Assembly (NCBI GenBank): GCA_023131895.1
Contig: JAGLYZ010000004.1
Coordinates: forward strand, 29,895-93,894
Direction of reading: 5' to 3'
Source of the DNA: Candidatus Parcubacteria bacterium
Lineage (GTDB): Bacteria > Patescibacteriota > Minisyncoccia > Minisyncoccales > JAGMDC01
Length of the DNA stretch: 64,000 bases
The notes below the pieces were generated by a model. The model saw nothing but the letters and a program-made list of their open reading frames with translations, had not been told where the DNA came from and did no database searches. The number at the start of each line of letters is the position of its first letter. Within the stretch, counting starts at the first letter, position 1. Below are positions 1 through 8,725 of this stretch, in pieces. The position numbers were made by a program, and so were the translations under genes.

Positions 1-8
1 AGCGAAGG

Positions 9-95
9 CGGAGAGGGCGGGATTTGAACCCACAAGCGGCTTTTTACACCGCGAGAGATTAGCAATCTCTTGCCGTACCATTGGGCCACCTCTCC
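9..95 (-). tRNA. tRNA-Ser (anticodon GCU), long variable arm
   Basis: Reverse complement folds as a cloverleaf: acceptor GGAGAGG/CCTCTCC, anticodon stem AGAGA/TCTCT with loop TTGCTAA, variable-arm stem GCGG/CCGC, T-loop TTCAAAT. Confidence 0.9.
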
Positions 96-135
96 TATAC
101 TATAATTCTATCTATAAAATGATGTTTAGTCAATA

Positions 136-804
136 TTATGGTTCTCTTGCCACGGTTATTCCCCAAACCTCTTTGGCGCCAGCAGATTTTAATACTTTAG
201 CGCATTCTTCAAGAGTCGCGCCAGTAGTAAAAACATCGTCAATCAAAAGAATTTTTTTGTTTTTTATTTCTTCAATATTTTTACAAGCAAAAGCGTTTTT
301 AATATTTTCTTTTCTTTGTTTTTTTGACAGTTCTGTTTGTGATTGAGTTTCTTTTATTGTAATTAAACCCTGTCTTGCTAATGGAATTTTTAAAACTTGA
401 GAAAGTTGTTTAGCGATTTCTTCTGATTGGTTAAAGCCGCGCATTTTTATTTTTTTTCTGTCCAAAGGCACTGGCATTAAAACAGGTTCTCCTGATAAAA
501 GAAATCTAATATTGTTTAATAAATAAAAATGAGTTATTATTAAAGAAGCTAATGTTTTTGCTAAGTCCCTGACAAATGGCTTATACTTGAATTGTCTAAT
601 TAGTTTTTTAATAATTTTGTCTTCATAGGAAACAGCGAAAAAGACGCCATTAAGTTTTGCAAGCTTTAAGCAACTGGAATATTCTAAAACATCAATTAAA
701 GATAAGCAATCAGAACAAAGATAATCTCCTTCTTTTCCGCAATTTAAACAAAATTTAGGAAATAGAGCGTCTATTAAAAAACCTTTTATTTTATAAATTT
801 TCAT
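136..804 (-). CDS. comFC: ComF family protein (phosphoribosyltransferase domain, competence-associated)
   Basis: N-terminal double CxxC zinc-finger-like motif (CLNCG...CSDC). C-terminal PRTase signature LLIDDVFTTGATL. Lies beside the type IV pilus genes. Confidence 0.8.
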   Translation of the reverse strand: MKIYKIKGFLIDALFPKFCLNCGKEGDYLCSDCLSLIDVLEYSSCLKLAKLNGVFFAVSYEDKIIKKLIRQFKYKPFVRDLAKTLASLIITHFYLLNNIRFLLSGEPVLMPVPLDRKKIKMRGFNQSEEIAKQLSQVLKIPLARQGLITIKETQSQTELSKKQRKENIKNAFACKNIEEIKNKKILLIDDVFTTGATLEECAKVLKSAGAKEVWGITVAREP

Positions 805-855
805 TTTCTTTTAGATGATGGTATAATAAAAACTGAATTTTAGCAAACTTTGTTT

Positions 856-1965
856 ATGGGTTTATTCAGCGGGAAACAAATTAAAAATTGCCTTGGCGTT
901 GATATTGGAACTAGTTCTATTAAAATCATTGAGCTGTCCAAGCCAAAAGAAAATATAAGATTAGAGAACTACGGCGAAATACCTGTGGAAGGTATTGAAT
1001 TTGATGATTCCAGGATGGATGTCCAAGGCAATAAAAATATTTCTTTTCTTTCTTCTTCAACCAAAGAAGTTTCAAAAGCAATTTCTGTTCTAACAGAAGA
1101 AGCTGGCTTTCGCGCAAAAAAGACTGTATTTTCCATTCCTGATTTTTCTACTTTTTTCACTAGTTTTGATTTGCCGCCCATGAGGGAAAAAGAAATTCCT
1201 GAAGCTATAAAATTTAAAGCAGGAAAATATATTCCTCTACCGCTTTCAGATATGAAAATTGATTGGGCAATTATTGAGGGGACGCCGAGTAAAAAGAAAA
1301 ATCTTTTTAACAAGGAGATAACAGGCACTAAACTGAAAATTCTTTTAGTAACAGTTCCGAATGAAGTAATTTTGAAATATCAAGAGATTGCCAAAATAGC
1401 CGGTTTAGAACTTTTAGCCCTAGAGGCAGAAGTTTTCAGTTTAGTGAGATCATTGATTAAAAAAAATAAAGGAGTTATAATCTTAGTAGATATTGGAGGA
1501 AGAAGCACCACTTGCAGTGTAATTAAGAACGGAGTTTTGCTGTCAAGCCACAGCTTTGATGTTTCCGGCAATGAGCTTACTTATTCTCTTTCCAGATCTT
1601 TGAATATTGATTATAATGAAGCTGAACGGCTTAAGAGAGAAATCGGCATAAGAAAGGGCACCAAAGAGGAAGAGATACTATATCCATTGATTGGTTTAAT
1701 TTTAAAAGAAATTAAAAAACTCTCTGGCTCTTTTTCTCAATCTGGAAATGACAAGGTGTCTAAAATATTTTTAGCTGGCGGAGGAGCTTTAACTCCTGGA
1801 TTGAAAGAATATTTTTCAGAACAGCTGGGGATAAAAACAGTTATTGCCGACCCTTTTGCAAATATTGTCTGCCCTTCTCCATTGACTGAAATTCTTAAAA
1901 AAATGGGGGCGTCTTATGGCATAGCAGTTGGTTCCGCTTTGAAAGGATTAGAAAGTGTTGTATAA
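856..1965 (+). CDS. pilM: Type IV pilus assembly protein PilM (actin-like ATPase fold)
   Basis: GVDIGTSSIKIIEL phosphate-1-like motif, second VDIGGRST motif, FLAGGGA near the C-terminus. First gene of the pil cluster. The ORF track starts at TTG 850; ATG 856 is preferred. Confidence 0.85.
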   Translation: MGLFSGKQIKNCLGVDIGTSSIKIIELSKPKENIRLENYGEIPVEGIEFDDSRMDVQGNKNISFLSSSTKEVSKAISVLTEEAGFRAKKTVFSIPDFSTFFTSFDLPPMREKEIPEAIKFKAGKYIPLPLSDMKIDWAIIEGTPSKKKNLFNKEITGTKLKILLVTVPNEVILKYQEIAKIAGLELLALEAEVFSLVRSLIKKNKGVIILVDIGGRSTTCSVIKNGVLLSSHSFDVSGNELTYSLSRSLNIDYNEAERLKREIGIRKGTKEEEILYPLIGLILKEIKKLSGSFSQSGNDKVSKIFLAGGGALTPGLKEYFSEQLGIKTVIADPFANIVCPSPLTEILKKMGASYGIAVGSALKGLESVV

Positions 1966-2016
1966 TATAGAAGAAAGAGGTAAAATAAAAAAAGAGAAAA
2001 ATTAAAATCAAAAAGC

Positions 2017-2556
2017 ATGGCTTTTAATGTTATTCCAAAAAAAGAAATAGAAAGAAAACCTTGGCTGGATTGGGTTTTTTATTTTTGTTTTATTTTGCTT
2101 ATATTGTCGGTTTTGAGTTATTTTGTTTTGGCATACTCTCTACAAAAAACAGATGAAGCGTTAAACAAAGTAGAAGCAAAAATATCCGAACAGGAGCAAA
2201 GCAAGGAAAACAAAGAGCTTAAAGAAAATCTTCTTGAAAAAGAAAAGAAAATAAATGATTTTTCAAATATACTAAAAGAGCATAGATTATATTCCCAGCT
2301 TTTTAGTTTCATTGAGAGTTTCACCCATCCAGAGGTAGTATTTGCAGGTTTTAATTTTTCCAGCGCAAATTTAATCCTTGCGCTTTCCGGCACAACATCT
2401 AACTTTAAAACATTGGGCGAACAGCTTCTTGTTTTGCAGGCGCAAAGCGATATAAAAAGCGTAGAGCTTTCTAATATATCTTTAATGGAAGACGGAGGCA
2501 TAGATTTTAATTTGGATATTTCTTTAAGTCCTAAAATATTTGATTTGATTAGATAA
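2017..2556 (+). CDS. PilN-like bitopic membrane protein (assignment by position and topology only)
   Basis: Single N-terminal TM helix followed by a coiled-coil-like Lys/Glu-rich segment. Immediately follows pilM. Confidence 0.5.
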   Translation: MAFNVIPKKEIERKPWLDWVFYFCFILLILSVLSYFVLAYSLQKTDEALNKVEAKISEQEQSKENKELKENLLEKEKKINDFSNILKEHRLYSQLFSFIESFTHPEVVFAGFNFSSANLILALSGTTSNFKTLGEQLLVLQAQSDIKSVELSNISLMEDGGIDFNLDISLSPKIFDLIR

Positions 2557-2557
2557 T

Positions 2558-2620
2558 TCACCCTGTTAAATGCTGCTTCGCAGCAATTTTGCCGAAGGCA
2601 AAATTATTTAACAGGGTAAA
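2558..2620 (+). repeat. Palindromic element PE copy 1 (intergenic, pilN-like/pilO-like spacer)
   Basis: TCACCCTGTTAAA ... TTTAACAGGGTA arms enclose hairpins GCTGC-TTC-GCAGC and TTTTGCC-GAA-GGCAAAA. Confidence 0.85.
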
Positions 2621-2625
2621 CAACA

Positions 2626-3204
2626 ATGAAAAGACCTATTATTTTTATAACCATTACATCTTTAATCGTCATTTTACTGGCCTTTTTTGTGCTTTTGCCA
2701 AAATATGAAGAATTAGATGCTAAAGATTATCAACTTGAAGGAAGAAAAGTGGCTCTTGAAAAGATAAATGATTATTTTGAGGATCTTGCTTCTCAAAACA
2801 AAAAATTAGCAGAATACGAAGAATCAATGGCAAAAATTAATTCAGCTTTGCCAGACAAACCTGCCATGCCTTCAGTCCTGAATTTTATTCAAAGGACAGC
2901 TAATGAAAACGGGGTTTCTTTAACATCAGCAGCATTAAGCTCTTCAAGAAAAACAACAAAAACAACAAAGACAGAAGAAACAGGAGCATCAGACATCAAA
3001 GAAAACACATTTTCCATTAGTGTTGCTGGTTCTTATTCTTCTTTTAAAAACTTTCTTTCGGTCTTAGAAAAATCAGCGCGCTTGATTGAGACAGAGACCC
3101 TGACTTTTTTTTCCTTTGGAGGAATGACAATGTATACAGGAATGCCTGATTATTCTTTAGATACTTTTCTTTTTGAGTTACAAATGAAAGTTTATTCTTA
3201 TTAA
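2626..3204 (+). CDS. PilO-like bitopic membrane protein (assignment by position and topology only)
   Basis: N-terminal TM helix, coiled-coil region, position after the pilN-like gene. Confidence 0.45.
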   Translation: MKRPIIFITITSLIVILLAFFVLLPKYEELDAKDYQLEGRKVALEKINDYFEDLASQNKKLAEYEESMAKINSALPDKPAMPSVLNFIQRTANENGVSLTSAALSSSRKTTKTTKTEETGASDIKENTFSISVAGSYSSFKNFLSVLEKSARLIETETLTFFSFGGMTMYTGMPDYSLDTFLFELQMKVYSY

Positions 3205-3212
3205 TTAATATT

Positions 3213-3491
3213 ATGAACCTGAATTTAAACGAAGACAAACAAAAAAGATTAGTGTATTTAATTATAATTCTTATTGTTTTGGTTATAATAGCTTTATTTG
3301 TTTTTAGTAAAAGCTTTTTTGTAAAACAGCCGTCAATCCCTTTAGGTACTAGTTTTGGATTACAAGAAATCAGTATCAATTTTAATATTTTAGAAAATCC
3401 TTTTGTGCAGATGCTTGAACCATTTGAAGAAATTTCTTATCCTTCAGAAGAAATAGAAATAGGCAGAGAAAACCCGTTTATTACATACTAA
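3213..3491 (+). CDS. Small single-pass membrane protein, unknown function
   Basis: ORF with one hydrophobic helix (LVYLIIILIVLVIIALFVF), tightly packed in the pil operon. Confidence 0.35.
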   Translation: MNLNLNEDKQKRLVYLIIILIVLVIIALFVFSKSFFVKQPSIPLGTSFGLQEISINFNILENPFVQMLEPFEEISYPSEEIEIGRENPFITY

Positions 3492-3586
3492 AACATTTTA
3501 ACATTTTAACATTTTAGCATTTAAACATTTCTGATTTCATTTTTTGTTAATATGTTAATATGTTAGTATGTTAATATGTTTAAATG
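3491..3586 (+). repeat. Phased 8-nt repeat array (AACATNNN units, then NNNNATGT units) ending in the pilB start codon
   Basis: Octamers in one register from 3492. ATGs at 3552, 3560, 3568, 3576 and 3584, the last being the pilB start. By-eye alignment shows about 85% identity to the array at 59675-59786. Confidence 0.8.
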
Positions 3587-5311
3587 AGTTTGATAAATCA
3601 GTTAGTAGAAAAAGGTGTCTTAAATAAAAAAGCAGCTGCTTCTTTAAAAAAGGAAATAGAATTATCTGGTAAAAGAGAAGAAGAAATAATTTTACAACAA
3701 GGAATAATTAAGGAAGATGCTTTATTCCAATTAAAAAGCGAGAGTTTGAAGGTTCCTTTAAAAGAAGTTGAGCCATCAGAAGTTCTTTTAGAAGTTTTGA
3801 GATTAATTCCCAGAGATGCTGCTGAGTTTTATCATATGGTTCCTATTAGTAAAAAAGATAGGACATTGGAGATAGGGATGGTTTATCCGGATAATTTAAA
3901 AGCCCAGGAAGCTTTAAAATTTTTAACAAGACGCGAAGGCTATTCTTTCAGAGTTTATCTAATCACTTTATCTAATTTCAGGGAGCTTTTAAAACGATAT
4001 TGGACCCTTAAAAAAGAAGTAAAAAAGGCGCTTACAGAGGTGGAAACAGAAATAGCTGAAGATGAAGTTGAAATTTCTAAGAAAGCGGCTGAATTAGAAA
4101 AGCTGGGAGAAGAGGCTCCTATTTCCAAAATTGTTTCTGTAATTCTAAAACACTCTGTAGACGGGAATGCTTCTGATATCCACATTGAACCAATAAGAGA
4201 ACAGCTGAGAGTAAGGTTTCGTCTTGATGGAATATTGCATTCCTCACTTTTTTTACCTTTAAAAATTCATCCGGCAGTGGTAGCTCGGATTAAGATTTTA
4301 GCAGAGCTAAAAATTGACGAAACTAGGGTTCCTCAAGACGGCAGGATTGGCGCTAAAATTAGCAATAAAGATATTGATTTCAGGGTTTCTACTTTCCCTA
4401 CTATATTGGGCGAGAAAGTAGTGATGAGAGTTCTTGACCCGTCCAAGGGATTAAAAGATTTTAAAAGATTAGGATTAGACGGAAGAAATCTTGAAATTTT
4501 AAACAAAGCAGCTGAAAGACCTTATGGAATGATTTTATCAACTGGGCCTACTGGCTCAGGAAAAAGCACTACATTATATGCTGTTTTACAGATTTTAAAT
4601 AGGGAAGGAGTAAATATTGTTACAATAGAAGATCCAGTGGAGTATTTTATGGAAGGTATTAACCAGTCCCAGACAAAAGAAGAGATTGGCTACGGTTTTG
4701 CTACAGCATTGCGTTCTATTTTAAGGCAGGACCCGGATGTGATTATGGTGGGTGAAATTAGAGATAAAGAGACAGCAGAATTAGCTGTTCATGCTGCTTT
4801 AACCGGGCATATTGTCTTGTCTACCCTTCATACAAATACAGCTGTTGGCGCTATGCCTCGGTTAATTGACTTGGGAATAGAGCCATTTTTACTGCCCCCA
4901 AGCTTAAGCGCAATTTTGGCGCAAAGATTAGTAAGGCGGCTTTGTCCTTTTTGTAAAGAAAAAGTAAAGGCGAATATTAAAGTTAGAGAAAAGATTTTAA
5001 AAGAAATAAATTTTTTGCCAGTTTCTACTAAAGCAGGAATTAAAGTTGATGAACCTATATCTATTTGGCAGGCAAAGGGATGTAAAAAATGCAGGATGCA
5101 GGGATACACTGGAAGGGTTGCTCTTTTTGAAATTTTGGAAATGACTAAAGAGCTTTCAGAAATAGTTTTAAAGGAGCCGTCAGAAAATAATTTCCAAAAA
5201 GAGGCAAAAAGGCAGGGTATGGTTACAATGGCTCAAGACGGCATAATTAAGGTTTTAAATGGAGTTACTTCTATAGAAGAAGTGATTAGGGTTACAAAGG
5301 AAGAAGAATAA
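3584..5311 (+). CDS. pilB: Type IV pilus assembly ATPase PilB (GspE family)
   Basis: Walker A GPTGSGKST, Asp/His boxes, C-terminal tetracysteine (CPFC...CKKC), GSPII_E N-terminal-like domain. Confidence 0.95.
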   Translation: MSLINQLVEKGVLNKKAAASLKKEIELSGKREEEIILQQGIIKEDALFQLKSESLKVPLKEVEPSEVLLEVLRLIPRDAAEFYHMVPISKKDRTLEIGMVYPDNLKAQEALKFLTRREGYSFRVYLITLSNFRELLKRYWTLKKEVKKALTEVETEIAEDEVEISKKAAELEKLGEEAPISKIVSVILKHSVDGNASDIHIEPIREQLRVRFRLDGILHSSLFLPLKIHPAVVARIKILAELKIDETRVPQDGRIGAKISNKDIDFRVSTFPTILGEKVVMRVLDPSKGLKDFKRLGLDGRNLEILNKAAERPYGMILSTGPTGSGKSTTLYAVLQILNREGVNIVTIEDPVEYFMEGINQSQTKEEIGYGFATALRSILRQDPDVIMVGEIRDKETAELAVHAALTGHIVLSTLHTNTAVGAMPRLIDLGIEPFLLPPSLSAILAQRLVRRLCPFCKEKVKANIKVREKILKEINFLPVSTKAGIKVDEPISIWQAKGCKKCRMQGYTGRVALFEILEMTKELSEIVLKEPSENNFQKEAKRQGMVTMAQDGIIKVLNGVTSIEEVIRVTKEEE

Positions 5312-5316
5312 AAATT

Positions 5317-5682
5317 ATGAAAAATATTTTATTAGTTGAAGATGATCCTTTTTTAATAGATATTTATACTACTAAGCTGGAACAGGATGATTTTGCCGTG
5401 CAAGTGGCAAAAAACGGAAAAAAAGCATTTGAATTATTAAAAAAAGAGATTCCAGACATTTTGGTCTTAGACATTGTTTTGCCGCAAGTTGACGGCTGGG
5501 AAGTTTTATCTGAACTTAAAAAAAATGCTCAATGGAAAGCAATACCAGTAATTATTCTTTCTAATCTTGGCCAGAAAGTAGAAGTAAAACGAGGACTGGA
5601 TTTAGGCGTTCAAAAATATCTTATTAAAGCCCATTATACTCCTGCAGAGGTAGTGGAGGAAATTAAAAAAATACTCAAATAA
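5317..5682 (+). CDS. Stand-alone response regulator receiver domain (CheY/PilH-like)
   Basis: 121 aa. ILLVEDD acidic pocket, phospho-acceptor context LVLDIVLP, conserved K in LIKAHY. Confidence 0.85.
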   Translation: MKNILLVEDDPFLIDIYTTKLEQDDFAVQVAKNGKKAFELLKKEIPDILVLDIVLPQVDGWEVLSELKKNAQWKAIPVIILSNLGQKVEVKRGLDLGVQKYLIKAHYTPAEVVEEIKKILK

Positions 5683-5686
5683 AATT

Positions 5687-6754
5687 ATGGCTACTTATCA
5701 AGAACAACTTAATGAACTGCTTCAATTAACGGTTCAAGAACAGGCATCTGACCTCCATCTTTCTGTTGATCACCCTCCAGTTTTAAGAATTAGCGGCCGT
5801 TTAATTCCTTTGACTAAAAAAAGCAAGTTATCAACAACAGATACACAGGGATTGGCTTTAGCTTTAATGACAGAGGAACAGCAGCAAAGATTTTCACAGC
5901 AAAAAGAAATTGATTTTTCCTACCATTTTGAGGATAAAGCCAGATTCAGGGTAAATATCTTTTATCAAAGAGGAAATGTTTCCTGCGCTCTCCGTTTGAT
6001 TCCTTTTAAAATTAGAACTATTGAAGAGCTGGGTTTGCCGCCTATTCTCCATGAATTTACCAAGCAAGTTCAAGGTTTCGTTATTGTTACCGCACCATCA
6101 AGTCATGGCAAGTCCACTACATTAGCTGCTATGATTGACGAAATAAACCATACAAGGACAGACCATATTATTACTATTGAGGATCCTATTGAATATGTTT
6201 TTGATGACGATAAATCAGTGATTGACCAAAGAGAAGTTTATCAAGATACTTTATCATTTGCCAGGGCGCTCCGTTCAACTTTTCGCCAGGATCCGGATGT
6301 GATTATGGTGGGCGAGATGAGGGATCCGGAAACCATAGCTACAGCTATTACTGCTGCAGAAACCGGGCATTTAGTTTTTGCTACTTTGCATACTAATTCT
6401 GCGTCTCAGACAATTCATAGAATTGTTGACAGTTTTACAGCAGAACAACAGGATCAGATTCGAGCCCAGTTATCCGGTTCTTTACTCGGCGTTATCTCGC
6501 AGCGTTTAGTGCCTAGAATTAGAGGCGGTTTGATTCCAGCTTGTGAAATAATGCTTTCCAGCCCGGCAGTGGCTAATTTAATTCGGGAAAACAAAATTCA
6601 TGAACTGCCTTTAGTTATTGAAACAAGCAGAAAGAAAGGAATGGTTTCTTTAAATTACGCTTTAGCCCAATTAGTCCGCAAGAGAGAAGTTGCTTTAAAA
6701 AATGCCTTGACTTATTCTTCAAATCCTGTTGAGCTAAAAAAACTTTTAGACTAA
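5687..6754 (+). CDS. pilT: Twitching-motility / pilus retraction ATPase PilT
   Basis: ASDLHL motif, P-loop APSSHGKST, DPIEY, RQDPDVIMVGEMRD, TGHLVFATLHT. Confidence 0.9.
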   Translation: MATYQEQLNELLQLTVQEQASDLHLSVDHPPVLRISGRLIPLTKKSKLSTTDTQGLALALMTEEQQQRFSQQKEIDFSYHFEDKARFRVNIFYQRGNVSCALRLIPFKIRTIEELGLPPILHEFTKQVQGFVIVTAPSSHGKSTTLAAMIDEINHTRTDHIITIEDPIEYVFDDDKSVIDQREVYQDTLSFARALRSTFRQDPDVIMVGEMRDPETIATAITAAETGHLVFATLHTNSASQTIHRIVDSFTAEQQDQIRAQLSGSLLGVISQRLVPRIRGGLIPACEIMLSSPAVANLIRENKIHELPLVIETSRKKGMVSLNYALAQLVRKREVALKNALTYSSNPVELKKLLD

Positions 6755-6769
6755 ATTAGACATTTTATC

Positions 6770-7984
6770 ATGAAATTTAAATACAAAGCAAGAACAGAAG
6801 AAGGGGAAATGCAAGAGGGTGTTATAGAAGCAAGCTCAAAAGAAAGCGCTTCGGATATCTTAGAAAGCTACAATCTTTTTGTGGTCTCTTTAGTTGAATC
6901 CCAGCTTATTCCTGTTTGGTTAAGGGATATAAAGATTTTTAATATGGTAAGCCAGAAAGATGTAGTGATTTTTTCCAGACAGCTTTCTATGATGTTTGAG
7001 GCAAATGTTCCTTTAATAGAGTCGTTGGAAACATTGGGTTCGCAGCAAAAAAATCCTATTTTTAAAGAAAATGTCTTAGAAATAGCCAAAACAGTAGAGG
7101 GAGGAACATCTTTGTCAGAGGCATTTAGTAAATATCCGGAAGTTTTTTCCCCTTTTTATGTTAATATGATAAAGTCAGGCGAGGCATCAGGAAAGCTTTC
7201 TGAAGTTTTAAAGTATTTAGCAGATCGTTTGGAAAGGCAGTATGAGTTTATGTCAAAAATAAAAGGGGCAATGATTTATCCAATTTTAGTGATATTTGTT
7301 TCTTTTATTGTAATTGGCATAATTGTTTTCTTTGTTATGCCCCAGTTTGCTGGCATATTTGCCGCTTCTGAAAATGAACTGCCTTTATTCACCAAGATAG
7401 TTCTTGGCGCGTCTGAATTTTTAAGGAACTGGATTTTAATCATACTGGTTTTAGTTTTAGGTCTTTTAGGTTTTGCTTTTTTCTATCTCAGGAAAACTAA
7501 GGAAGGCAAGGAGTTTATAGACGAACATATATTAAATATTCCTGTTTTAGGCAATTTTTTGAAAATGTTTTATCTCTCACGTTTTGCCCAGAATCTTTCT
7601 ACTTTAATTGCAGGCGGCCTGCCTATTGCCCAAGCCCTGAGAATCTGCAGTGATATTGTTAATAATAATATCTATAAAGACATTGTTTTAAAGACCCAGG
7701 AAGGAGTTAAGAAAGGAAGAACCATAAACTCTGTTTTAGTCAGGTATCCTGATTATTTTCCGCCTATTTTTACACAGATGGTTGCTACTGGAGAAAAAAC
7801 AGGACAGCTGGAAGACAGCTTGAGCAAGATAGCTATTTTCTTTCAAAAAGAAGTAGAAAGGGCTCTTGATGTTCTTTTAAGCGTTATTGAACCAGTATTG
7901 ATTGTGTTTTTAGCTTTGATCGTAGGAATCATTGCAGCTGCTGTCTTTATCCCTATGTACGACTTCATTGGAACAGCAATGTAA
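6770..7984 (+). CDS. pilC: Type IV pilus platform protein PilC (T2SS F family)
   Basis: Two T2SSF-like repeats, three TM segments, about 400 aa, follows pilB/pilT. Confidence 0.9.
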   Translation: MKFKYKARTEEGEMQEGVIEASSKESASDILESYNLFVVSLVESQLIPVWLRDIKIFNMVSQKDVVIFSRQLSMMFEANVPLIESLETLGSQQKNPIFKENVLEIAKTVEGGTSLSEAFSKYPEVFSPFYVNMIKSGEASGKLSEVLKYLADRLERQYEFMSKIKGAMIYPILVIFVSFIVIGIIVFFVMPQFAGIFAASENELPLFTKIVLGASEFLRNWILIILVLVLGLLGFAFFYLRKTKEGKEFIDEHILNIPVLGNFLKMFYLSRFAQNLSTLIAGGLPIAQALRICSDIVNNNIYKDIVLKTQEGVKKGRTINSVLVRYPDYFPPIFTQMVATGEKTGQLEDSLSKIAIFFQKEVERALDVLLSVIEPVLIVFLALIVGIIAAAVFIPMYDFIGTAM

Positions 7985-8072
7985 AAGTATTTTTTTAAAA
8001 TGCTTTTACCCCCTCAGAGTTTTCCACAGGTACAATTTCCAAAAATGAGTTATAATAAAAAAAGAAAATAAT

Positions 8073-8136
8073 TCACCCTGTTAAATCTTTCCGAAAATTT
8101 CGGAAAGAAAATCAAAGATTTTATTTAACAAGGTAA
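8073..8136 (+). repeat. Palindromic element PE copy 2 (intergenic, upstream of pilin gene; right arm degenerate)
   Basis: TCACCCTGTTAAAT ... ATTTAACAAGGTA with hairpins CTTTCCGAAA-AT-TTCGGAAAG and AAAATC-AAA-GATTTT. Confidence 0.8.
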
Positions 8137-8173
8137 AGGTCGAAAAATTAAAAGCTTTTAATTTAAATTTAAT

Positions 8174-8596
8174 ATGAAAAAATTTACTAAACGAGGTTTT
8201 ACCTTGATTGAACTATTAGTCGTCATCGCTGTTATCGGAATTCTGTCCTCAATCGTGTTGGTCTCCCTATCCGGCGCAAGAGATAAAGGTTATGATGCTC
8301 AAATTAAAGGAGAATTAGGTCAGGTAAGAGCAGATACAGAGATACATTATGATAATGCTGAGAGTTATACAGGATATACAATACCTACAAATTTATTGCC
8401 TCCTGCTTGCAGTGAAGATGGAGCTTATAATGTGGTAGTTTCAGCAGATGGACAGGATTACGCAGCTTGGGGAGATTTATGCTCATCAGCAGTAGATACT
8501 TGTGATTTTTGTATTGATTCTACTGGTGTAGCTTGTACGACTGTTGCAGCATCTCCCCACCCTACTGCTCTAGCTCCTGTTTGTGCTTGTCCATAA
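8174..8596 (+). CDS. Type IV pilin (prepilin-type N-terminal cleavage/methylation domain)
   Basis: Leader MKKFTKRG followed by FTLIELLVVIAVIGIL. C-terminal cysteines. Confidence 0.85.
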   Translation: MKKFTKRGFTLIELLVVIAVIGILSSIVLVSLSGARDKGYDAQIKGELGQVRADTEIHYDNAESYTGYTIPTNLLPPACSEDGAYNVVVSADGQDYAAWGDLCSSAVDTCDFCIDSTGVACTTVAASPHPTALAPVCACP

Positions 8597-8655
8597 TTCA
8601 TAAAGTATTCTTGTTGATTTGTAGAAATTCTTTATTTGTTTTTTGAGATTTATTT

Positions 8656-8698
8656 AAGAAGCTTTACGAAGGACTGTCTTTCGTAAAGCTTCTTTTTT
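8656..8698 (+). terminator. Rho-independent terminator after the first pilin gene
   Basis: 15-bp stem AAGAAGCTTTACGAA/TTCGTAAAGCTTCTT followed by a T-run. Confidence 0.7.
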
Positions 8699-8725
8699 GT
8701 GATATAATTATTAATACTACTACTA

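Noticed and set aside
2558-2620. The palindromic element as a hammerhead or other known self-cleaving ribozyme (a three-way junction suggested it)
   Set aside because: The junction lacks the hammerhead core (CUGANGA ... GAAA ... UH) and I see no twister, pistol or hatchet consensus. The consistent absence of stop codons in the host frame argues that the element is translated, not excised.
3491-3586. The repeat arrays (here and at 47324 and 59675) as CRISPR arrays
   Set aside because: The units are 7-8 nt with no spacers of 25-40 nt, and no cas genes are present. They are tandem micro-repeats, not CRISPR.
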